Positions 42,201 to 54,200 of a stretch of DNA of 64,000 nt are shown piece after piece. The stretch lies in contig NC_134028.1 of NCBI RefSeq assembly GCF_964204645.1, positions 6,696,001 to 6,760,000 on the forward strand. The letters are read 5' to 3'. The notes under the pieces are model-generated. The model was not told the DNA's origin, ran no database searches, and worked only from the letters and a program-made list of their open reading frames with translations. The translations under genes and the position numbers were made by a program. Position 1 is the first letter of the stretch; each line of letters opens with the position of its first letter. This DNA comes from Tubulanus polymorphus. Its lineage: Eukaryota > Animalia > Nemertea.

Positions 42201-45200
42201 GGAGTCTATTTCATTTGGATAGTCGGTAGTATCGGCAGCATTCTTACGTTAGTTTTGCTCACGCGATTGCGCAATGAACTAGATGGCCCGAGCTCTCAAT
42301 ACTTGTTTTCGCTGGCCACATCGGATTTGATTTATTTGAACACGATGTCGTTGAAATGGCTGGAGAAGATCAGCGTGGCATCGGGCACCGGTTTTGACGT
42401 GTACGTATTCTACATATCCTCCGAGTTTGCCTGCAAGTTTCTACTGGTAACGGTGAATATCTCGGTGAAACTGTCTACGTGGACTTTGTGTATTTTTGCT
42501 ATCGAAAGATCACTCGCAATTTCTATGCCTCTTAAAGTCGCCGACTACTTTACTAAAGTTCGACGGAAATATCTGATCGTATGGCAATGGACCATCGCGA
42601 TCGTCATAGAGAGCTCTTTTACCAACTTATACGGAATTCGCACCTACTCGGACGGACGTAAAAACTGTATGTTATTTCCGAATTACTCGTCGGATAAGAA
42701 TGTCGGACTTAGAATAGCATTTTCGATGTACGTTCGCGTAACGCACTTTATTGTGCCTTACATCATAAACACCTCCTGCGTAATCGTAATCGCTAAGAAA
42801 CTAACGGCGAGACCGTCTAAAGCTTCGACTAATGTACAAAATATTTCTAATCAAGACAGAACATGCATCAAAAACCTCGTAGCGATTGCGTCTTTATACC
42901 TAATTCTATCTCTACCTAATAATATCGTTAATTCTATTTTCTATACGAAACCTACAGTTTTGATTTGGCCCCGTAAACCTCATATGACTGATTTCGTTTA
43001 TTTGATAACAGCGACAATCGAAACATCGAACAATGCCATGAATTTTTTTATCTATTTCGCCAGCTTTAGAAAGTTTCGAAGAGAAATGAGGAATTTTTTC
43101 ACCAGGATTATCCGCAGATAGGTGAAATGGGAATGTGCACACTCTAGATGTAGCCAAATTTTGTAGTTTTGGCATGAGTGATCTTCAGTGTGCATTAGGC
43201 TTTACTATGAAGTATACAGAATATATATAAGTATACAGAAACTTCACAAAATCTGGTTTATGTAGACCTGCGACATACCAGAAAGTATGCTTATTCAAGC
43301 TTCATCACGGATGAAAAATGCACCAGTTAATAGATTTCAAATGTTAAGTTTTGAAATATTAGTATTATATATAATATAATTGATAGATTTTATTTCCATA
43401 GAACATAATTACATATTTTAGATATAGCTGCATAGCAGCGATAACGGGTTTCTACAGTTCATAACATATGACTTATTTCCAAGAAGCGCAACCTGGGTCA
43501 ACAATATGCTGGATATATGGATCCAGCTACATACAAGGGCTACCACGTAAAAAGTATCAATGTACCAAAATGGCTTAACCGAAGATATGGTTCTTTCAAA
43601 GTCTCCTGGTGGCAGTTACATGAACTAGTCTGTCGCACATGCTTTCCTTGCGCGTTTTGATCCATAATTTCGTTAATACTACCGGTAGGTTGGTCTACTT
43701 TTATGCATCAATTTGTTAAGTGAGGAATTTGCATTCAGAAATAAACGATTTTTAGAAAAAATTTTTTGTTTTCATTTATTGGTGACAGTTTACATATTGT
43801 ACATATTATATTCGAACACAATGTGGCATCGACGTCTTTGAAGTGATTAAGGTAATGTTGAGTTCATTTGCCAAACGGAAGATGGTACAAAATGGCGGCG
43901 ATAGATGAAACAAAAACAGGAAATGACGGATTGGGACTTATATCAGTCCGATTACGTGATCTACGCTCAAGGTCGTCCGGTAAATTTTAGGCTTTTCGGG
44001 GTGCACTTTTATCAATGAATGACGATTCTTTGCGTTATTCTTGTCGCTGTTTAGCCCCGGTAATTATGCGGGATTAATTCATAATAGATTACTATACGCA
44101 AATTCAAATTGGTCAAGCGCTGAGTTATCTTTCTGACAGAATTGAAAATTACGTTTATAAGCTGTTGGTAGTCGAATCTGAGAGGAGTTACATTTTTAAT
44201 GAAAAATTTTTGGCTGGAAAGTGGAAAATTTATAATAATAATAATAATAATAATCAACAGAATAACAAGAGGGTTTCTGCAAAGCAGCAGAAACCCTAAT
44301 AATTTCTCTTACAAAATATTGAAATGAACTCTGAAGGACTCGTCCACAGCCTGCCCTGGAGGCTGTAGCTCTGTACGGAGTTGACGAGCCCTGATGACTT
44401 GAAATGGATGATGACTATGATACAAATATCAATATTATAAGGCTTATCTATGGTAATCTATTTTCAAAACAACGTACAACGTACAATGGTAATATTATAA
44501 TAATCAAAAATATCTGTTTCCTTATGATAAGAAGAGTTTTATGTACCATCTGCAAGTAACAGTGTAGCCCTAGTGGGTCTCTTAAGAGACGGCCATGGCC
44601 TTTTTATAGGTTATGGCTCACAACCTGACTAAGTTTGCAGAGCTTATTTCATGTACGAGTCTTGGCAGTCAACGTCAGAGGTTGTTTCAAACTATGGACA
44701 TCTTGGTTCCCAGTCCTCCACTCAACCAATTGAGCTAACTGCACGGGACCATTAATTGATATCTATGGACTATATTTATGAGAAACAGTAGTATTGTGAA
44801 CAAAAATGGCAGTAAAAGGCAGATTAGATAATTTCAGTAATGGTTCACAGGTTGCCACCTCTTTTCGCCGTTTACTTAAGATGGCCAATGGCCATTTGCT
44901 GTTGGTACTGACTGAGGAACGCAAATTTTTACTCTATACACGCGCTATAATTCTGGACTAGCGCCAAATGTTTAGTATATTAACTGGAATTATCAACCTT
45001 TAACTGAAAATGAATCTTGATATTGTACATTTCTAATCTTACTGAAAAGAAAATTTCAAAATATTTTTCTTTTTGCCACACATAGGATGAAGTAGTGTAT
45101 CATATACCTGGCCGATGTTGTCCTATCTGTACTCTACCCTCTATCTGTCGCCATGATGGTCAAATATATCAGGTAGGTACCGCAGAACAATGTGTTATTT

Positions 45201-48200
45201 TATCCCATTCAACTTGACTCATGATAACGTATAGAATTATGTAGATTCGTCTATACAGGAAGTTGATGAATTAGAATTCTTAACAGTGAATATTATAGAT
45301 AGCGACTTACATCAAGCAACTATTCTAGTAATATCAATTGATCAAAATTTACCAGCCAAATAAATAAATAATGGGGACAATCCCTATTTTAAGATCATAA
45401 TATCAATTGATCAATATATCAATAATGTATATGCACATGCATTTATTGCAGGAAGGTAATTTTTGGCACCCGACTGACTGCCAAATTTGCGTATGTACAT
45501 CCGGTGATGTACAGTGTTATACACGAGTCGAATGCGTGGACAGTTTGCAGAATTTGCTGATGAAAAATGTAGAAACTTTGATCGTAGAAAGAGGCGAGAA
45601 ACGGCGTTTAAGCAACGTGCTTTCATTTAAAAATCATAGTAACGTTTACATCTCGATACTTCATGGTAAGTATTCTTGCTCAGTTTGATGAAGGGGTACT
45701 ATTTACCATTTTAAAGCTTGTGACATGCACCACACGCAAACAAATTTTTCAGGTCCTGAACCCTCTTGATCGCTTATAGGCAATGCCTTCAATCAGTAGT
45801 TGCTTCATTTTCCCCTTGAATTTGCGTCTTCCCCATAGCTGCGTTCACACTAGGAAATTATTCGAGGCCTATTCGTGGCTTATTCAGTCCTGTACTGAAA
45901 TACGTGGCTTATCAAGCGCGGAATGCGATTCCGCGCCGAAAACCCGATGTCAGTACGGCACTGAGCTGGCTGCGTATTTTCTGTAGGTGAACGCAGATTC
46001 GGCGCTTAGCTAGCCGCGTATTCACATTCTCATAGTACAAAACACTAAATACACTCCCCTCTATTGGCACACTGGGTGACTACTATACTGGGTTTACTAA
46101 GTGCCGAATCGAGACTCGTAGTGTGGCTGTATAAGCGCCGTATTTTGGTGAATTCGGCACCAGCGAAGTACGGTTCTTCGTAAGCGCCGAATCTAGTGTG
46201 AATGCGGCTATAGAGCCAAACTCAGGTCGCACTAAGATCCGATCCAATCATCTGCAATTTGGTCTTAAGAACACTTGTGTCACATTGCGAGGTGGTGGAG
46301 TCACCGATTCGGCCAAGGCTCGTTCGTGAGATCTTAGGTACACTCAGGTCACCCGAGATCTATGATCATTTTGAACTGCGTCATGTATATCACTGTTCAT
46401 TGGCTATGACCTTACGATCAGTCGTAAGTACACTTGGGTCAACATCCGATCGTCGGAAGAAATAGAACATGTCCGATCGGCTTACGACTGGTATGCCATC
46501 AGCCATAACGATTTTAAGTACACTCGTGTTGCGAAAATTGGCAACTGGTTCCCGATTCCTAAAGACCGGGTTGAATCTTTTGCTCCTGAGTTAGGCTTAA
46601 AACTCTCATGACCCACCCTGGATCTATCTTCTATAACATTCATTTAAAATACCGGTCAATTGGATGCGTTTATATGACATCGACGATTATTTATTGCAGG
46701 TCCATATCACGGTAAAATAACTAGAAACTCAGGAAAACGTATTCCGTCGACATTGGCAGCAGAAGATCCGACCAACGATGTCAACAATCTAGTCTACATT
46801 CACGATGATAACGACGAATCTACCTCAGATATAATGGTGCTCCGAATAAACGACCTTTACAACATTCCGTTTTATATACGCATAACCGACCATGACTCGG
46901 CGGTCGTTCTTACGAACCGCGTTTTATTGGTCGACGTCGGCGCGCAAAAAGTCATATCGTCGACGTATTTAAAAATGGACGCCTCGCCGGACAGCGTCGT
47001 CGTCTATTCGATGATCTCGACGCCGAGATACGGGCGCCTGCTGATGATCGAAGAAATGCCGGCGGACGGCGCGACAACCGGCTGGTGGAAGGTCGACGCC
47101 CGTCGAATGGCCGCGACTGTCGCGCGGTTTACTCAGCATGATATCGATGTTGGCAGGATTTGGTACAAACATTCTGGCGGTAAAGAACCACGTGACCAAT
47201 TTATATTCCAGGTAACTTACTGGTAGATTTGATTTCACAAATTTTGGTTGGTTTCTCCTGAATATCTGAAATTGTATGCACTAAATAATATCGGAAACGA
47301 GCAAACGAGGTGAATGAAATCAATTGTCTGTTGATTAGAATCAGTTTCGCCAGTAATTCTTTCGCCATAAATCACAATATCTGTATCGATGGACAGCTAG
47401 TAATAGGTTTGGACCCAGACGCGACTTACCTCATAATTTAAAGAAAAAGATGATATCCTAATGGGGTACATCTCACCTCATCTCAAATTGTTAGATCAGA
47501 TAAGACCGACATTGGTGCTTAAACACTCATTCCAAAAAATGAAAACTTCGACAGTGCAACTGGCCACTCTTGCTCATTGTTTCTTTTGAAGGCTGTGTGT
47601 ATTAATTGTCTTGAATTCGTTACTGACTTCAGGTTGTGAATACCGACAGTGCTGTAGGCAGTACAGAAGATTATGTTTTCGAAATAATGATCGCTCAGCC
47701 ACAGCAAGATGCAACCCCTAACCCAACTGTGACACCTGGACTTAGTTTAATTATCACGGTGAGTTTTTTTTTTAATCGATATAAGAAACAAGATACAGTT
47801 GGGTTATATAAACTGATATATTTTGTGTTTCGTGTTATTCCTTGATTATGATAATGGAAAACTGAAAATTTGGATTATAGAATAGATTAAATTAGATATT
47901 AATGTTTTGATATTTCATTATATGTAATTGAAATTGAAAAGGAAAATAACGATGATGATATAATATGAACTTTTCATCGCATTGAATCAGCCAACACTGA
48001 GCTTGATAGATTCTTTAGAAAATTTTGAATACTCAAAATGGTCTTTTGTGAAGCAATCAGTTAAGTTAGTAAAGAATTACGAAAATCTGATCGTCATTTT
48101 TCAGGTTTTAGAGAATCAAGTAGTGCCCATCACGCCTGCTGACTTGTCGGCGGTCGGAATCGAGGAAGACTTTCAAACGATTTATCGAATCACGAAACCT

Positions 48201-51200
48201 CTGCAGCCCGGCGAGGGGGTTATCGAACATATCAATTTTCCCGCATTCGGTTTGAACGAATTCTCGCAGGAAGATATAATCAACAAGCGTATCGTCTATC
48301 GACCTCCTGTCGGTAAAATCGGATCCGATGTAAGAGATTTCTCTTTCAATTTCATTGGTAAGTTCAATTTCACTGGCATATACTGTGTCCACTGTAAAGC
48401 CGAGGTTTACCAAAAATACTTTGATTGCTTTAATGGCAGGATTTGACAAGAACACATGTTTAAAAAACCCTTTCAGTACATCTACACTGCAGTGCGGTGT
48501 ATAAATCGGTCTTTGACTTTGCTAGTACATCGTATCGCAATGTAGTAGGGGGAAAAAAACTTTTTTTCTTGAGTTCATTTCGCCGAATTGTTAGCGAGTT
48601 TTTAGACTGTATTTTATAGTGGAACATGCTGTAACTGGCGCCGTGTCTCCGGAATATATGTTCACATTTCGCGTGCAGCCAGTCAACAACCAGCCGCCGC
48701 ATCCAGCTCAGCAAAACCCAGTTCTTGAAGTAGGACATTCTACGATGGTTCCTGTAATGGACGTGTTGAAAGTATTCGACGCCGATACACCGTCCGATGA
48801 ACTGAGATTTATATTGACCGAATCTCCGGTCAATGGTGCTATCATGAAAATCGATGAACGCTTGCAAGTTGAACTGCAAACCGGTAAGACATGAAATTTC
48901 ATAAAACTTGATGGTAATTTGGTGGTTTGAACATTGTAGTACATATATAAGTTACATGAATTAATTGAACGCACTGCAATATCATATGACAAATCGGCAT
49001 AAAACAATGGCCGCATTGATCACCTGAGACTTGCTTTTGACAAGCCTCCTGGTGACTGAAAGGGTAATGTCATTGAAGACAGCAGTTACTTGTAATGATA
49101 GTTAAGCTTTTTATTTCAACTTACTCATGATGTCTAATCACAACATTGTAAGGCTGGTTGACCTGGAGTTACAAGTTTACTGTGATTTAACCAAAGATGG
49201 CACCACCTTCAGGTTGTCTCGAAATGGATCCTGATGAGCAATTAACGCAAGGATTTTAGAAATATGCAACAGTTTATTCGAAAACGTCCTTCACTTTATT
49301 TTACCAAGAAAGCGACTGACACTACAGGTCTCCAAGGACGCCAACCCCGTTCAGCGGTGGCACCAGACTTCAGATATGACTGCAGCTCGAAATGACTGAA
49401 TTCTGTAGCCACTCTGGCAATATTAGCACAGCGATATTTCCATCAAAATCATAATATTTTAGGGAAAACAAGAATTTTAATATAGATTCATTTGTTTGTA
49501 TCACAATTTATCACAAGTACAGTGTATCTATCGTACTTGAAATTAATGGTTATTTAACTGAATTTCGACAGCGGATTTTCATACAGAAATATTCACGAAT
49601 TTCTCGTCCCAGCAAAAGATATATGTAGAAATTTGCGACATAGTTACACATTTGAAACTGAACGAATATGTCATATAGAAAATCGGTCTGATCTGGCGGG
49701 ATTGGTAATAATGCGGTGATAGCGGTCGGAAGCGTGAATATGGCAAACGCGAGCGAAACTGTTACAAGCATTATCGTCGTACGTTTTGATTTCGTCGTTT
49801 TCTGGTCGGACGAAACGATCTTTGTACCTCTGAATAACTGAACTATTATAACGGAATTTGATGTCAGAATCAAAGATAACGGCACGACGACGACGTGGAT
49901 GACAATTATGGCGAAAAACGTTATTTGATCGACGGAATGGTAGAAACAGCCGAAACGCTCATCGGTAAAATGAATCGACAAGGCAGGCGTGAGATTTATA
50001 ACCAGCGTATTCACTGCGGTAATTATCAATGTAGTAATTCTAGCGAATTTCGGTGTACATATCAAACGAGATGAGAACGGGAAGAGCACAACTGCTACAC
50101 GTTCTAGGGTTATGGCTACTATTAACCACGAACTGTTGGCGAATGCAAGCGCCATGAAAAATTCATAGATTTTACAACTGATCTGCGATTTCATCAAGAA
50201 TACGGGACCGATGTTAAGACGCAACAGTCCGAACTGTAAAACAGGCATCAGCGTATAATTGATACAGTACATAGAATCGCAGATGGACAAAACGATAAGA
50301 TAGTTAGCGTAAGATAGAGTGCGGAATCTGCGACTTAACATTATCAGGAAAGTAGCGGAATTTCCGAAGGCTCCTAACAAGAACACGATAGGCAGAAAGA
50401 CCTGTGACACGGTACGGTAGATTCCAGACCTGTTCGCCAAGGACATGAGAGCAATGTAACTGATATAAGTTCGACCGATTTGTATTTGAGTGGAATTCAT
50501 GATTCACGATGATCCGAGGAGAGTGAACTGCCTGTCTATCAGTGTACTGTCTGGGAACTGACCGTCTGAGAAGCGTACTGGCTGTCTGAGAGTGTACTGA
50601 CGGTGTGAGAGTGTGCTGACTGTCATCAGAGAATGTGCTGGCACTGACATTTTCGTCCCACGTATTGGAAAATTAATTTAACCTTTATATAAAAAAAATC
50701 ATCAAAGTCTTTATTATGGCCACAATTCATTTGTAAGATTTATTGTTAACAGCGAACAAAAAATCAATTCTCTGAAATCTAACACGATTTATTCGGATTT
50801 GTGAAAATTTGTTATTGTGTAAAATATGAATGACACTGAACTACATCGATAATAAACAGTCAGCAGACCTTGACAATTCTTCACAAATGAAAACTTTGTC
50901 GTGTCTGCACTTTCTCGCACTCACTATTGATAAAAATTCATAATCGATTTACAATAGTAACGGTTGTAAAATCACAATAGTAAACTGCGTATCTATTACC
51001 AGAATAAATTTCATTGTTAAAACATAATCAAATCAACTATCTCTCTCCCTCTCTTAGAACTGATGCATTCATCCGGTTGGTCAATATTTATATTGTGTAG
51101 TGGTGTAGTTTGTGAGAAATATTATGTTTTAGGCTAAAAAAATGAATTGACCCGTGATTCATATACGATAAAATACTATGCTTAATATTCATTTCTTATT

Positions 51201-54200
51201 TTCCACTTTCCAAGCCGATAACATCACAATCCAAGATAAGCCGCGATCTCACTAGATTCGGCACTTATGAAGTACCATGGCGCCTAATTCACCAAAATAC
51301 CACACTTACACAGCCAGTTACGTTCACACGTAGAGTCCGCAATTCGGCACTTCAGGAGTGTAATAAGTGTTGAGTGTATTGTACTACGCGGATTTATTAC
51401 CCGGCTAGCTCAGTTCCGTACTGAGAGCGGATTTTCGGCGCCGAATCGCATTCTGCGCTTTATAAGCCGCGTATTTCAGTACGCAACTTAATAACCTGCG
51501 AATAGGACTCGAATGATTTCCAAATGTGAACACTAAGTACCGTACTGAAATCCTAGTGTGAACGCAGCTATAACTTTTACTATTGAGAGCTTGTTCAAAC
51601 TCGTCATATCGAATTAAGGTCTTACTGTGATGTAATACTCTGATGTAGTTGTACCAGTTAAATCAAGTTCAAATCCCGACAATAAACAATCTTCAATTTC
51701 TATTCATAATTTCCAAAGGTTTGCGCACTAATGCTCCTGCTAGGCAGAAAGCCCATTATCGCTGCCTTGCAGCTATATTAGACATGTATTCATCTCATTT
51801 CGTACACTGATCTGAAATGAAGGTTGTGTGGTATATAAAACAATATGATTATTACCAGTATTCTTATGATTTTAATTTTCATTGTTATGATCTCAAGTGC
51901 TGCATGCGGCTTTTGTGTTATGTATAGAATGCAGTCAAAACTTTGACAGTTAAAATCGCCCTATTATTATATTTCAGGTGACACATTTATGTACGCGGAA
52001 GTGTTGAATAACTCGCTGTATTATACGCATCAACCCGACGATCCCGAACAACAGCGAGACGCGTTCGCCGTCACCGTCTCCGACCGGTTCCACGACGTCC
52101 CGATGGCCGTCGATGTCGTGATTAAGCGATCCGATCGGAACGCTCCGACAATTCACCCGGACTCAACTCTCAGAATTACCGTGCGAGAAGGTAAGATTTA
52201 CATACTCAAATCCGCTTAATCCGGATTAATTTAATTCGATTTTGATCTAATTTGGATGTTATTTGTGGTATACCCGTGATGTTATCTGGATTTCTCGTAA
52301 ACTGCATTTTATTGAATTAGTCCCAATTGAGAGGGGGGGTCGGTCTCTCACCCCAAATATACTGGAAGTAGTAAATTTCCTTCTCTTTGCAACTAATTTT
52401 CAAAAAGAACCTGAAATTCGCGTCGGCATCTTACAAAAAGTTCCACCAATTCTATGAAAGTCAAATGTCCCCTAGTACATGGCTGGCTACAGGCCTGAAG
52501 ATCATCCCAATTAAGCGGGTTCCACTTAAGCTATTATAGATTTTCTGAAATGAATGATATTATGTGCTAGTCAGCCATGCTAAGTCGAGCTGGACTCTTG
52601 AGATTCTGAACTCATTTCAATTCAGGTAGTTCGGTGACATTGGAGAAAAAACACATAGCGTTCATCGATGACTCGATGACCGACAACAGCGTGCTGTTAA
52701 CGATGTCTAAAACTCCGCAACACGGTCACCTGGTGAAATCTGAGGGAGCCGACATGGTGCAACTGTTACTCGGGGATATCGTTACGCAAACCGATATCAA
52801 TCGCGGACTCGTGAAGTACGTTACCATCGCTTTCTACTTGGTTCCCACAGAACAGGGAAATTGGGAAAAACTTTTGGTTTAGGTATAACAATTCCTAATT
52901 TGGAAATATTTAGGAATTTGAAAAATTTTCTTAAAATCAGGAAAATATTTGGGAAATTCATTTATGTTTCACGGATTGCATTTGCCGAGGGCGACTTTCT
53001 TCAGCAATTTCCCTTGAGAATCACCTTTATCAACCAGTCACCACTAAAATTTTGACTGTAGCATGATGGTATTTGTTCATTTCCATTTGGGAAAATAGAA
53101 AAATCACCTATGAAATACTTTGGAAAAACCTGGGAATTTTTAATGTGTGTAACTGTGGGAACCATGTTTCTAATAACACCTAAATAGATGAAAAGCTCAA
53201 GTTACAAAAATTTCATGTTCCGCTCTTTTTCGTTTTCGCTAGGTATATAGCCACGGTTGAAATCGGAGCTCAGGCCGTTAACGATTTAATCTGTTTTAAT
53301 GTCAGCGATTTGAACGGAAACTCTATTTCTAATCAACCGTTTACTGTCGTCGTAACGCCAGTCGATAATCAACCACCTATTGTCCATAGCGTAGAACTCA
53401 TATACGTAAGTAGTCGTCTTCATCCATCAAAATGATGATGAAGATTCGTGATGTTAAGTTCTGGGCCAAACGTTTCGGAGCCTCCAATTTTTTTGGATTT
53501 TTCAAATGAAACTAACCCCAATTCCACAGCGAGTTGAAATTTGACTTGAGTTCAGGGGCTGATACAGCATGCCGCTATGGCTTCTGAAAAGGCAGTCAGA
53601 GTTTTTAAAACTGCCTTTTAGCTTTTGGAAACCTCTCAGATTGCAGCTCAGACATTTAATATCTCAGATTTTTCTTGGAGAAGGGCCTCAAATCCCCTGT
53701 ATAGGCTTCACACTGTTGATGGCTGCTTGGCTTGGATCATCAAGGTCTCAGCTGACTGCCCTTTGTTATTTTAAAAGGCAGTCGAAATTTGCCCCTCTAT
53801 CCATCCCTGGACAATTGGATGTAACTTTTCTTAACTGTGGAGTCACATTGATTTGCACATTTAACTTGTGATTCCATTCTAAGGCTGAACTCTGCCTACG
53901 AGGAGAAAACTTAAATTTAGTTTTATTTTAGGTACAAGAAGGAGGTCGTGTCCAGTTAACTGCATTAGATATTACAATCACCGATTCAGATTCATCTCTG
54001 TCTGATTTATCTATAGTTATAAATACCCTGCCAGTTTTTGGTGTCATCAAAAATATCAAAGGTAGGCCTCTCAACCGATTGTTTGCATAAACTGTACTAA
54101 CATTCATACATGTATCTTCCAAAGGTCCAATTTCAATCATGCTCAATGAAAGCCAAAAATGCTTAGAAATATGAAAATGAATAGCATTGCAGCTCAGCAC

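Noticed and set aside
44680-44744. tRNA gene
   Set aside because: No proper acceptor stem, degenerate T-loop and a shared non-tRNA body in a second copy; better explained as a SINE head.
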